Origin: Nitrosarchaeum sp. | Lineage (GTDB): Archaea > Thermoproteota > Nitrososphaeria > Nitrososphaerales > Nitrosopumilaceae | Direction: 5' to 3' | Length of the DNA: 64,000 nt | Assembly: GCA_965223865.1 (NCBI GenBank) | Contig: OZ245020.1 | Location: 32,001 to 96,000, forward strand | In this document: positions 37,737 to 47,752 of the stretch, one piece after another | Numbering within the stretch: position 1 is the first letter of the stretch | How the letters are laid out: each line of letters opens with the position of its first letter | The notes under the pieces: generated by a model | Database searches by the model: none | The model's input: only the letters and a program-made list of their open reading frames with translations | Told to the model about the DNA's origin: nothing | Program-made: the position numbers and the translations under genes

Positions 37737-39815
37737 CTATATCAGTAATATCAGGACCACGAATAACAGTCCTGCTCCAAATACGAATAGGTATGACTGT
37801 GCCACACCAGTTTGTGTTCCTTGTACTACTCTGGCTCCCCAACCAACTGCCTTTTGGAATCCATCGTTCATTCCGTAATCAATTGCAGTCTTCTCAAAGT
37901 ATCGGAATAAGCCTCTTGCAATCCATAATGGTGCTACTACAAAGCACCAGTAGATTATTGCATTAAGATACCATCTGCTTAGAATAACTTTGTGAATTGC
38001 ATAAAAGAAAATATTGGAATTAACAAACTTGACAGGATCAACCCATCTGCCAACATAGAAGATATATCCTAATCCAATTCCTATTGAAAATGCTACTAAG
38101 GAAGATCCTAGTGCAACTGGATTAAGTGCATCCAGTGGTGGTGGGAGGAATGATTCTCCTGATTCATGATGAACAGTATGAATACCAAAGGAATGATCAA
38201 GGTATTCAGTAAACAAATGATGAAGTCCACTCTCTGCGGAAAATCCTATTAATCCTATTCCAATGGTTAGAACTGCAAGAATACCATAGGGAACCCACAT
38301 TGATAATGATGCTTCATGAATGTGATGTCCCTCTTCTTCCATCTTCTCAATATGTCTGCTCTTCTTACCAAAGAACACCATTCCCATCATTCTTGTAGTA
38401 TAGAATGTTGTAATTACTGCAGTCAAAACAGCGATTGAATAAAGTGGTAATGCCCATTCACTTCCAGATTCATAAACTGTTGCAAAGATTGCATCCTTGC
38501 TCCAGAAACCTGTTGTAATAAATGGTGCTCCCATCAAGCCAAGGCCTGCAGCCCACATGAATGCATATGTCTTTTTCATGTGCTTTCGTAGGCCACCCAT
38601 GTCTGTCATAAATCTAGAACCAACAATGTGTAACAGTGATCCTGCTGCCATGAAGAGAGATGCTTTGAACATTGCATGAGAAATTAAGTGGAAGAATCCT
38701 GCGGTGTATCCATCGACATATTGTTCTGATAAACCTGCAACACCTAATGCCATCATCATGTAACCAATTTGAGAACCCGTAGAATATGCAAGAACTTTCT
38801 TGATTTCAGGGTTAACCATACCTTGTGTTGCAAGAAGTAGTGCAGTAATTGCGCCAACCCAAGCCACAATCTCAAAGAACTGATCTGCTAGAATTCCTGC
38901 AGCTGCTAATGCAAATACAAGTGGACCGATTCTTGCAACAAGAAATACACCGGCTTTGACCATGGTTGCTGCGTGAATTAATGCAGAAACTGCTGTTGGA
39001 CCAGTCATTGCCTCAAGTAACCATTCGTTGAGTGGGAACTGGGCAGATTTTCCAATGGCACCACCGAATAACAAAACAAATGCAGGTACCAATAATCCCT
39101 GAGCCGACATAGCTGTTGCCCATCCAGTATCACCCATCAATTCTTTAAATCCAAAAGTTCCTGCAAACAAGAAAATCAAAAGCATGCCAGCAATCATCAT
39201 TACATCACCAACTTTGGTCATGATGAAGGCCTTCATACCAGCATGGGTTGGTGCATAATAGTCTAGTAAACCTAGAACAGTGCGTCCCTCTGTACCAACA
39301 TGGTCTTTCTTTTTGTCACGGTACCAAAAGCTGATCAATGCATATGAAGCAAGACCTACTCCTTCCCAACCAAAGAATACTTGGAGTAAGTTATCAGATA
39401 ATACAATTAATTGCATTGAACCAATAAAGAACATCATCCAGAACCAAAACCTTGTAATGTCCTTGTCGCCTTTCATGTAGCCAGTACTGTATATCATAAT
39501 GAGAAATGAAATCCACCCAACTACATTTGCCATAATAACTGAAAGCGGATCAGCTAACACCCCTCCCTTCAAACCAATTGCTTCGATCCACATAACTTGA
39601 TCATGAATTTCATGAGCCTCTAATGCCATTGGCAACAGTGATGCTGCAGAAAGTGCACTCATTAGTGCAAATCCAACTGCAACATATCCAGTTGCGTTTT
39701 TTGATGCTTTTCCTATTCCTGGAATAATTAGTGCTGCAATGAATGGAAGTATCCAAACTAACCAAGCACTTGCTGCACCAACTTCAAATGGCAATCCAAC
39801 AGATTCTGTGGCCAT
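37737..39815 (-). CDS. nuoL: Complex I subunit L
   Basis: GWEGVG, GKSAQFP, SALIHAATMVKAG and HAMFKA. Confidence 0.95.
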   Translation of the reverse strand: MATESVGLPFEVGAASAWLVWILPFIAALIIPGIGKASKNATGYVAVGFALMSALSAASLLPMALEAHEIHDQVMWIEAIGLKGGVLADPLSVIMANVVGWISFLIMIYSTGYMKGDKDITRFWFWMMFFIGSMQLIVLSDNLLQVFFGWEGVGLASYALISFWYRDKKKDHVGTEGRTVLGLLDYYAPTHAGMKAFIMTKVGDVMMIAGMLLIFLFAGTFGFKELMGDTGWATAMSAQGLLVPAFVLLFGGAIGKSAQFPLNEWLLEAMTGPTAVSALIHAATMVKAGVFLVARIGPLVFALAAAGILADQFFEIVAWVGAITALLLATQGMVNPEIKKVLAYSTGSQIGYMMMALGVAGLSEQYVDGYTAGFFHLISHAMFKASLFMAAGSLLHIVGSRFMTDMGGLRKHMKKTYAFMWAAGLGLMGAPFITTGFWSKDAIFATVYESGSEWALPLYSIAVLTAVITTFYTTRMMGMVFFGKKSRHIEKMEEEGHHIHEASLSMWVPYGILAVLTIGIGLIGFSAESGLHHLFTEYLDHSFGIHTVHHESGESFLPPPLDALNPVALGSSLVAFSIGIGLGYIFYVGRWVDPVKFVNSNIFFYAIHKVILSRWYLNAIIYWCFVVAPLWIARGLFRYFEKTAIDYGMNDGFQKAVGWGARVVQGTQTGVAQSYLFVFGAGLLFVVLILLI

Positions 39816-39818
39816 ATA

Positions 39819-41372
39819 CTATACTCCTAACACTCCATTCATGTATGGAATTATTTGTTCCAAGAAAATATCTGGATAAATTCCCAGTACTATGGTAAAG
39901 CCTGCAAGAACCATCATTGGTGCTGTCATGTACCAACTTCCTTCCTTTACATTCTCTAGATGTTCTGGCGTTTTTCCAAAGAAGATACGTTTTAGCATCC
40001 ATAGCATGTAAGACATGGTAAGTGCGGTTGCAACCAGTCCAAGTCCAAATGTTACGGCTCTGACAGTTGAGCCTTCTTCGATTGCAGTTTCTAATGCTCC
40101 AAAAAAGAGAATCCATTCACCCATAAATCCACTTGTTGGTGGGACACCCATTATTGTAAGGGCACCAATTACCGCACAGACTGCAGTAATAGGCATCTTG
40201 CCTGCAAGACCTCCAAGTTTTGAAATACTTCTTGTACCTACTTTTACAATTAAAATTCCTGCCATCATGAAGAGAATGCCTTTTCCTAAAGCGTGAGTAA
40301 CATACATCATTTCTGCACCTGCCAATCCAAGAGCAGACATAGAGCCTATACCAAATAGAAGGTAGCCCATCTGACTTATACTGGAATATGCCAATAATCG
40401 TTTGATATCGTCTTGCATTAATGCCATAGCACCACCATAAAGCATGGTAACTAGACCCCAAATGTGGAACCAAATAGATAGATCTGCAAATGTTGCAGGT
40501 AAAAATTCTACAATTAATCTGAAAATACCATATGCGCCAATTCCGATCATTGCAGGTGACAAAAGGGCACTGATTGGTGTCGGTGCGGAACCATGAACCC
40601 ACGGAAGCCAAACATGGAACATAAAGACTGCTAGTTTTACTCCAAGACCTATAGCAATTGCAATAGCAGAAACTAGAACTATATCTTGTGGGATTTCTGA
40701 TTCTTGAATATCAGCGAAGTCAAAGCTACCTACTGTTAGGCCAATCATCAAGAAACCTAATAGTAAAACCACTGCGCCAGCATGTGTCCAGAATAAGAAC
40801 ATAAGGCCAATTTTTCTTCTAGGACCATCGCCCCATAATGCAACTAAAAAGAAACCTGGAATGAGCATTACTTCAAAGAATATATAAAATTCAATCAGGT
40901 TTGTAGCAAGTACGGTTCCAAGCATTCCCATTGCAAAGACAAGATATAGTGCAAAGTAGAGTCCAGATTTTGCATTTACATAATTTGAGAGTGATGATGA
41001 TTCAATAATGGTTGATTGACCTGTAGTTGCTTTGATTTCGTTTTGTTCTTCCTCATATTGTTCATGGAATTTGTGAATCATGTATGGCTTTGAGTAAAGT
41101 GCCAAGATTGTACACAAGACATAAATCATTATTGCAAATGGTGAGGCAAGACCATCCATTAAGAAACCAAACTCTCCAAACTGCTCAGTCCATGGATAGT
41201 GCTCCTCTGTAGTACCATTCATTGCTGCTTGAATAATAATTATTGTAGTATAGAGTAAAATTGCAAATGTAAACCACATTGCGGGATTGGGTCCTGCTTT
41301 TCTACCAATAATGTAGGCGATTGGAGATAAGAGTAAAGGCAAGAAAACTGCCTGCAATAATGCATATTCCAT
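39819..41372 (-). CDS. nuoM: Complex I subunit M
   Basis: FYIFFEVMLIP, FHVWLP.VH.SAP, AYSSISQMG and GFMGE. Confidence 0.95.
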   Translation of the reverse strand: MEYALLQAVFLPLLLSPIAYIIGRKAGPNPAMWFTFAILLYTTIIIIQAAMNGTTEEHYPWTEQFGEFGFLMDGLASPFAIMIYVLCTILALYSKPYMIHKFHEQYEEEQNEIKATTGQSTIIESSSLSNYVNAKSGLYFALYLVFAMGMLGTVLATNLIEFYIFFEVMLIPGFFLVALWGDGPRRKIGLMFLFWTHAGAVVLLLGFLMIGLTVGSFDFADIQESEIPQDIVLVSAIAIAIGLGVKLAVFMFHVWLPWVHGSAPTPISALLSPAMIGIGAYGIFRLIVEFLPATFADLSIWFHIWGLVTMLYGGAMALMQDDIKRLLAYSSISQMGYLLFGIGSMSALGLAGAEMMYVTHALGKGILFMMAGILIVKVGTRSISKLGGLAGKMPITAVCAVIGALTIMGVPPTSGFMGEWILFFGALETAIEEGSTVRAVTFGLGLVATALTMSYMLWMLKRIFFGKTPEHLENVKEGSWYMTAPMMVLAGFTIVLGIYPDIFLEQIIPYMNGVLGV

Positions 41373-41677
41373 TATCCTTTCAAGCTCCTATAGTCTGCGA
41401 TATCGATATTCTGATACATACGATAGGCTACGATTATCAATGACAAGCCTACAGCAACCTCTGCTGCTGCAATTGCAATTGAGAATAAGGCCAATGTTTG
41501 ACCACCACTATGCGGTAAGAATCGTCCAAAGGCAACCATGTTGAGGTTTGCAGCATTGATTACAATTTCTACTGCAAACAACATTCGAATAGCGTTTCTT
41601 TTTACTGAAAGACCATAAATTCCTATTCCTAGAAGGGCAATAGAGACAATTACAAATTCAATCAGTTCGTTGCTCAT
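41372..41677 (-). CDS. nuoK: Complex I subunit K
   Basis: AIAAAEVAVGL motif. Confidence 0.95.
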   Translation of the reverse strand: MSNELIEFVIVSIALLGIGIYGLSVKRNAIRMLFAVEIVINAANLNMVAFGRFLPHSGGQTLALFSIAIAAAEVAVGLSLIIVAYRMYQNIDIADYRSLKG

Positions 41678-42170
41678 TTTCTACATCCTCCCTTCTTGCT
41701 AAAACTAGTGCACCTGTAACTGAACCTGCCAAGATTAATGCCATCAAAATCAAAGCTGGCCAATAATATGTTAGAAAGTCTGCACCAATGTCTCTAAAGT
41801 CTACTGCTGGCTCATTAGTGGTAATGGTTTTGATACCAGAATCCAGAATTACTGCACCAAGTCCAACCATTACTACTAACATCAATGCAATACCTGCAAA
41901 CTTTCTTCTCTTATCCTCAACTTTCTTGAAGATAAGCTCTCTTTTTACAAGCATAACTGTAAACAAAATCAAAACTGCAATAGAACCCACATAAACTGCT
42001 AGTTGGAACATTGCGACAAATGGTGAATCTAGCAGTAAGAAGAATCCTGCAACACCGCCAAGTGTTCCCATTAATGCAATAGAACCATAAATCAAAGAAC
42101 GTAATTCAAGTGCTGCAATTGCAGAACCTATTGTAAGAACAGATAGGGCAAGAAAAACAGCATCAGCCAT
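41658..42170 (-). CDS. nuoJ: Complex I subunit J
   Basis: FQLAVYVGSIAVLILF motif; start MADAV at 42170. Confidence 0.93.
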   Translation of the reverse strand: MADAVFLALSVLTIGSAIAALELRSLIYGSIALMGTLGGVAGFFLLLDSPFVAMFQLAVYVGSIAVLILFTVMLVKRELIFKKVEDKRRKFAGIALMLVVMVGLGAVILDSGIKTITTNEPAVDFRDIGADFLTYYWPALILMALILAGSVTGALVLARREDVENEQRTD

Positions 42171-42660
42171 GTGTTGCACCTCTATCAGTTATTTTGATTT
42201 CAGAGTCTTGAGATACATATGGTTTTACTGCAAGCTGGGCTGGAGTGTAAATTAATCCTTCTTTACTAAATGAAGATAATTCATAGTCATTTGTCATGTA
42301 TAATGCATAAAATGGACAAGCGTCAACACATAGTCCACAAAAAACACATTTACCGTAATCGATTTGTGGCATAATTGATTTTTTGTTCTGAGTCTGTTGA
42401 TCAGGTACTTTGACCATTGCAATTGCTTCTGCTACACCTTCGCAGGCAATTGAGCAAAGTTGACATCCTGTACAGTGATCATGAAAAAGCATATGACGGC
42501 CTTTAAGACCTGCAATTCCAACACCTGTAGAGGGATCAAATTGGTAACCATCTCCAACAAATTTTAGTTTCTCTTCAGGATATCTTAAGGTAAATCTTCT
42601 GAGTGCAATATGTTTGATTCCAGAATTTAGAGCTTTGATTATTCCTGTAGCTGTTCCCAT
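42163..42660 (-). CDS. nuoI: Complex I subunit I (2x[4Fe-4S])
   Basis: TLRYPEE, CTGCQLCSIAC and CVFCGLCVDACP. Confidence 0.95.
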   Translation of the reverse strand: MGTATGIIKALNSGIKHIALRRFTLRYPEEKLKFVGDGYQFDPSTGVGIAGLKGRHMLFHDHCTGCQLCSIACEGVAEAIAMVKVPDQQTQNKKSIMPQIDYGKCVFCGLCVDACPFYALYMTNDYELSSFSKEGLIYTPAQLAVKPYVSQDSEIKITDRGATHG

Positions 42661-43958
42661 TACAACATTCCTCCAGGTCCCAAGACTCCAGCGTAAAGCA
42701 AGCCTAGTGCTATAAAGATGTTAACGAATGTTAAACCAATTAGTTTGTACCAACCAAGACTTAACAACATATCAATTCTAATTCTTGGAAATACACCTCT
42801 TGGCAATAGTATGAAGAAGATGACTCCTACCGTTTTGATTACAAACCAAGCAATTCCATTAAGTGTCTCTTGTGAGAATAGCGGTAAGCCTGGAATGGTT
42901 ACTGTGATTGGTCCTGCCTCAATTCCTTCAGTAATAATCTCCTCTGGGAAAGGTGGCCAGATCATAGGACCGTTCCATCCACCCAAAAATAACACAACAA
43001 ACAGTGCTGCAAATGCATATAGTTTGAGATAAGTTCCCAACTGGACAAGACCATACATCATTCCAGAGAATTCTGTCAACCAACCTGCCACAATCTCACT
43101 TTCTGCCTCTGGCAGATCAAAGGGAATTCTTTCTAGTTCAGCTAGTATAGTAATAAAAAATACAATTGCACCTACTGGTAAAAATATAATCCAAGGGAAA
43201 TTTGACTGACTTGCAGCAATCTCAGAAAGATTTAGTGTTCCTGTAAGAATTACCACACCAAGAAGTGACAAGATTAGAGGAATTTCAAATGATATCATTT
43301 GGTGTAATGCTCTAATTCCTCCAATGAACGGGAATTTGCTATTTGCAGACCATGCAGAAAGAATTGTAATGATTGGGAAAAATCCAATTACTGCAAAAAC
43401 TGCCAACAATCCTACATCTATATCTGCAACTACCCAACCAGGAGCTACTGGAATTAATGCAATAAATGCAGCAGCAGCTCCGACAAAAACTACGGGGGCT
43501 GTCCAGAAAATTAATTTATCAGCTTTAGCAGGAATAATAATTTCCTTGGAGATTAATTTTAGACCATCTCCCATCAATTGTAATATTCCTTCAACCTTAC
43601 CACAATAGAAGGGACCAACTCGAAGTTGGAGTTTAGCCAACATCTTTCTCTCAACAAAAATGGTACCTGCAGCTATCAATGCAGCAAACCCAAATCCAGG
43701 AAATGCTGCAATTTTAAACAAATCAGTTACCATGAATGCCTTTAGAATTGGGAGTAATCTTGAAGGATCAGCAAGCCAAGTTAATGCAAGAAATGGCGTA
43801 AGTAATTCGCCATCAATTACTGGCATTTCAATGTAAAATAGAACAATTTGAACCAGTGGTAGTCCAATTAGTGCAAAGATTAGAAGAAACCAAAATAGGT
43901 TATCTAAAATAGATTTTATAAATTCACTAAGTTTGAATTTTGGTGCAATAACTGACAT
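42660..43958 (-). CDS. nuoH: Complex I subunit H
   Basis: ERK..A..Q.RVGP, DGLKL..KE and RIPFDLPEAESE. Confidence 0.96.
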   Translation of the reverse strand: MSVIAPKFKLSEFIKSILDNLFWFLLIFALIGLPLVQIVLFYIEMPVIDGELLTPFLALTWLADPSRLLPILKAFMVTDLFKIAAFPGFGFAALIAAGTIFVERKMLAKLQLRVGPFYCGKVEGILQLMGDGLKLISKEIIIPAKADKLIFWTAPVVFVGAAAAFIALIPVAPGWVVADIDVGLLAVFAVIGFFPIITILSAWSANSKFPFIGGIRALHQMISFEIPLILSLLGVVILTGTLNLSEIAASQSNFPWIIFLPVGAIVFFITILAELERIPFDLPEAESEIVAGWLTEFSGMMYGLVQLGTYLKLYAFAALFVVLFLGGWNGPMIWPPFPEEIITEGIEAGPITVTIPGLPLFSQETLNGIAWFVIKTVGVIFFILLPRGVFPRIRIDMLLSLGWYKLIGLTFVNIFIALGLLYAGVLGPGGML

Positions 43959-45092
43959 TTATCGATCTGCCTCCACTGGCCAATAGTTGAGACTCCAATA
44001 AACGGATGGCATGTTACCAAGTTTTTCTCCTTTAAGAAGATAAGGCATTGCAAGTAAGTTTCTAAATGAACCTACACTTAGCTTTAATCTGTAAGGCTCT
44101 GGTTTTTTATCAGAAACAATATAGCATCCAAGAGAACCCCTTCCAGACTCTACACGTTTGTAGACTGAATCATCTCCACCCTTTGGATTTGGCTTTAGTT
44201 TTACTCTTACAGATCCAGACTTTGGCATTTTTTCAAGAGCATGTCTGATAATTCTGCAGCTTTCCATCATATCAAGCCATGGAACTTTAGATCTTGCATA
44301 CGAATCACCTTCTTTGAGAACATGAGTTTGGAAATCTAGTTCATCATAAACATCATATGGTTCTTTTTTTCGTAAGTCATAATCAACTCCGCTTGCACGA
44401 AGAACAGAACCAGTAGTTCCAAGTCTTATTGCATCTTGTCTTGACAAGATACCAGTTTTTTCAGTTCTAGAAATTAAAATTGGATTATCATAAAATACTG
44501 CCCCATATTCTTTGATACGTTTTTCAAAGTAATTTACTTGTCTTAGACAAACATCTTCAAAGTTTGGAGGTAAGTCATTTCTAACACCACCTGGGACAAA
44601 GTGTGCATGAGTTACTCTAGCACCGGACATTTTTTCCATCAAGTCAATTAGAAATTCACGATCACCTGCAGGCCACATAAACATTGTAGAGTGTCCCAAA
44701 AAGATTCCATAGATTGCAAGCCAGTACATTATGTATATACACCTGTTTAGCTCAGATGCAATAACTCGAATGTACTTTGCCCGTTCTGGAACTTCGATGC
44801 CAAGAAGTTCTTCAACTCCCAAGACATAAGGATACAAAACATTACAAGAATCATGAATTACTGGTCTTTCTAAGTGGGGAATGTTTAAGATATAATTTCT
44901 ATATTCTGCCATCTTTTCTTCTCCACGATGAACATAACCAGGATCAGGATCACATGCAACAATAAAGTCACCATCAATTTGTACAACAATTCTCATATGA
45001 CCTGAACCAGGATGTTGAGGTCCAACATTGAGAGTCATAATTCTCTCGTCTACTTTTTGAAGTGCTAATCCTGGTGGCAATTCTGCTGTCAT
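43959..45092 (-). CDS. nuoD: Complex I subunit D
   Basis: NVGPQHPGSGH, GYVHRGEEK and terminal EADR. Confidence 0.96.
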   Translation of the reverse strand: MTAELPPGLALQKVDERIMTLNVGPQHPGSGHMRIVVQIDGDFIVACDPDPGYVHRGEEKMAEYRNYILNIPHLERPVIHDSCNVLYPYVLGVEELLGIEVPERAKYIRVIASELNRCIYIMYWLAIYGIFLGHSTMFMWPAGDREFLIDLMEKMSGARVTHAHFVPGGVRNDLPPNFEDVCLRQVNYFEKRIKEYGAVFYDNPILISRTEKTGILSRQDAIRLGTTGSVLRASGVDYDLRKKEPYDVYDELDFQTHVLKEGDSYARSKVPWLDMMESCRIIRHALEKMPKSGSVRVKLKPNPKGGDDSVYKRVESGRGSLGCYIVSDKKPEPYRLKLSVGSFRNLLAMPYLLKGEKLGNMPSVYWSLNYWPVEADR

Positions 45093-45096
45093 TTCT

Positions 45097-45699
45097 CTAT
45101 CTTCCCTTTATTGCAAAGTCCTTTCTCAGTGGTGGTAAATCTGCCCAATCTTCTGGTAAAAGTAATCGTCTGTTATCTGGATGACCTTCAAAGTAAACTC
45201 CTAACATTTCAAAAACTTCTCTCTCGTGAAATTCTACGCTATAGAATATATCTCTAAGACTTGGAAGTCTTGTTGCATCATTTCCTGGAATTGGATTTTC
45301 TTCTCTCGGGGCTCTTGTAGCCAATACCAGAATTTGTCTTGCAAGTGAAGAATCAGAATAAGAGCCCAAGTGATAAACTACCTCGATTTCTTTATCTTTT
45401 GGAAAATCTACGCCTGTAACAGATTCAGCATGATCAAAATTTAGGTCGTCACGAATAAACTCTGCTACATCATGTACATCTTCTTTACTAACATTAATTC
45501 TGATTCTATCGGGTTTGACAAATGCTACTTGGGTTTTTTCACCAAATTTTCCAACAATTTTGTCTGCGATTTCTTTTTCAAATGCGGGTAGTTCAATTTC
45601 TTTTTCTGTAGGAGCAGGTTTTTTGGCTGCAGGTGTGGGTTTTGGAGTAGGTTTTTCCTCAGTTTTAGTTCCAGCTGATTCTTTTTTTTCTTCACTCAT
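45097..45699 (-). CDS. nuoC: Complex I subunit C
   Basis: EREVFEMLGVYFEGHP and PLRKDF. Confidence 0.95.
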   Translation of the reverse strand: MSEEKKESAGTKTEEKPTPKPTPAAKKPAPTEKEIELPAFEKEIADKIVGKFGEKTQVAFVKPDRIRINVSKEDVHDVAEFIRDDLNFDHAESVTGVDFPKDKEIEVVYHLGSYSDSSLARQILVLATRAPREENPIPGNDATRLPSLRDIFYSVEFHEREVFEMLGVYFEGHPDNRRLLLPEDWADLPPLRKDFAIKGR

Positions 45700-46223
45700 T
45701 ATACAAACTTCCTAGCCTTCATCCTCTTGATTTTTTCTTGTAACAATATACAACCTTGAATTAGAGTTTCAGGTCTAGGCGGACAACCTGGAACATAGAC
45801 ATCTACGGGTATAACACCATCAATTCCTGGAAGAACATTGTATGAATCAAAATACAAACCTCCAGTAATTGCACATGCACCCATTGCGATAACATATTTT
45901 GGTTCTGGCATTTGATCGTAAACTAAACGAAGACGTGGTGCCATTTTTCTTGTGATTGTTCCTTGAACTACAACTAGATCACACTGTCGGAGTGAGCCAA
46001 AGGCTTCAATGATACCGAATCTTTCGACATCATATCGTGGACTTGATGCTGCTCCAAATTCCACACTGCAACAAGCTGTTTCAATGTGAACAGGCCAGAG
46101 TGACCAAATTCTACCCCAATTGATGGCATATCCCAATGGTTTGTCGATTGCTCTTTCTAAAATGTCACCTAATTTTCCAACAAAAACATTTGCATTTTCT
46201 GGTGTCACTAGATCCTTTAGCAA
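45699..46223 (-). CDS. nuoB: Complex I subunit B
   Basis: TACCSVE, MGACA and PGCPPRPE. Confidence 0.96.
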   Translation of the reverse strand: MLKDLVTPENANVFVGKLGDILERAIDKPLGYAINWGRIWSLWPVHIETACCSVEFGAASSPRYDVERFGIIEAFGSLRQCDLVVVQGTITRKMAPRLRLVYDQMPEPKYVIAMGACAITGGLYFDSYNVLPGIDGVIPVDVYVPGCPPRPETLIQGCILLQEKIKRMKARKFV

Positions 46224-46263
46224 TCTTTTCTCCTACTCCTGTAATTCTCATTTGTATAAATAA

Positions 46264-46638
46264 TTACCATATGTTACGTCTCCCTGATTGGTATAAGGCA
46301 AAGGCCATTGCCGCAAACATTATTCCCAAGAATCCTATTATCGGAAGAGTTGCTGACTTTGGTAATTCCAAAATAGTACTACCCCAAGCATACAAGAAAA
46401 TTGCCATTACATCAAAAACCACAAACATCAGAATGTAAGCATAATACTGCATCATAAAGTGAGTTCGTCCTTCACCTGACGGGACTTGACCACATTCCAT
46501 TGGAAGAAATTTTACTGGATTGCTCCTTTTTCTTGGTGAAATCATTCTAGAAATAATCAGAGCAGGTGCCATTGCTGCTACTGCAAAGCCAAACATCAAC
46601 ACCACGGTACCATAATTGCCCGCTAATTCCCCGACCAA
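46264..46638 (-). CDS. nuoA: Complex I subunit A
   Basis: MECG and MFVVFDV motifs; three TMs. Confidence 0.93.
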   Translation of the reverse strand: MVGELAGNYGTVVLMFGFAVAAMAPALIISRMISPRKRSNPVKFLPMECGQVPSGEGRTHFMMQYYAYILMFVVFDVMAIFLYAWGSTILELPKSATLPIIGFLGIMFAAMAFALYQSGRRNIW

Positions 46639-46751
46639 TTTAGCTTTGAACCCAAGTTTTTGTATAAAAAGGTATGCTCGGTTTTTTTGATCCTATTTTT
46701 TGAAAACTCATTTTTGTAAAGTACTTTATATGACAACAACAATCAGCGATC

Positions 46752-47216
46752 ATGACTTTGAATGTTGGAGATACCGCTCCTAGCTTTGAACTTCCAGACA
46801 CTGAATTAAAACTTAGAACTTTGGATGAATTCAAAGGAAAGAAGATCGTTTTGTCATTCTTTGTTGCTGCAAGCTCTCCAGTTTGTGAAACCGAATTGTG
46901 TACTTTTCGAGATTCATGGGGAGAAATTTCAAATCTTGGTGCCCAAGTAATTGCAGTAAGTAATGACGGTCCATTTGCAAACAAAGCATTTGCAGAAAAG
47001 CATAACTTCAATTTCCCAGTATTGGCAGATTATACAAGTAAAACAATCAAGGATTATGATATTTTAATGCCAGACTTGCTTCACATCAAAGACTATAATG
47101 CTGCAAAACGATCTGTGTTTGTAATAACAGAAGAGGGAAAAATTGGATACAAGTGGGTATCTGAAGATCCTTTAAAAGAACCAAACTATGAAGAAATCAA
47201 ACAATTCCTAAAATAG
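46752..47216 (+). CDS. Peroxiredoxin (BCP/AhpC-TSA family)
   Basis: VGDTAPSF, peroxidatic S-x-x-C in SSPVCETE, and KRSVFVI. Confidence 0.88.
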   Translation: MTLNVGDTAPSFELPDTELKLRTLDEFKGKKIVLSFFVAASSPVCETELCTFRDSWGEISNLGAQVIAVSNDGPFANKAFAEKHNFNFPVLADYTSKTIKDYDILMPDLLHIKDYNAAKRSVFVITEEGKIGYKWVSEDPLKEPNYEEIKQFLK

Positions 47217-47233
47217 GAATAAAATTCTTTTTT

Positions 47234-47746
47234 TTATTCTATATCTGCGATGTTATCACCTTTGGCAACAGTTGCAGCTTCTTTTATTTTAAGAGACTTT
47301 ACAACACCATCTTTGTGAGCTTTTACTGCAACCTGCATCTTCATTGATTCTAAAGTACAGATAACATCACCCTTCTTAATAGAATCACCTTCAGCAACTG
47401 CAATTGATACTACTTTGCCTGGAATCTGGCTTTTTAGTGCTAGTTGAGCACCTCCCGCACCACCACCACCAGAGTTTTTGTAAACTATATCATCAAAGTG
47501 AGTGTGCATGTTTAATATTATTGGAACATTATCAATTACAAGATTCATTTCGTTAGTTGAATGCTCAAGATATTTTGCTTTATGATATTGTTGGTCTAGG
47601 ATGAATTCAATTCCTTTTACATCCATGTTTAGAATTCTTAATTGGTGTTCTTTGTCATTAATTTTTATAATATAGTCATTATTTCCCAAGTTCTCAACAA
47701 TGTTTCCTTCAAATGATTTTTCAATGTCAGGTATTTTATAGTCCAT
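47234..47746 (-). CDS. accB: Biotin carboxyl carrier protein of acetyl/propionyl-CoA carboxylase
   Basis: ESMKM biotinylation motif. Confidence 0.93.
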   Translation of the reverse strand: MDYKIPDIEKSFEGNIVENLGNNDYIIKINDKEHQLRILNMDVKGIEFILDQQYHKAKYLEHSTNEMNLVIDNVPIILNMHTHFDDIVYKNSGGGGAGGAQLALKSQIPGKVVSIAVAEGDSIKKGDVICTLESMKMQVAVKAHKDGVVKSLKIKEAATVAKGDNIADIE

Positions 47747-47752
47747 TAATCA

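Noticed and set aside
39784-40611. Long alternative-frame ORFs inside nuoM/nuoL
   Set aside because: Overlap well-conserved genes and have no motifs; expected shadow ORFs, like the other antisense track ORFs
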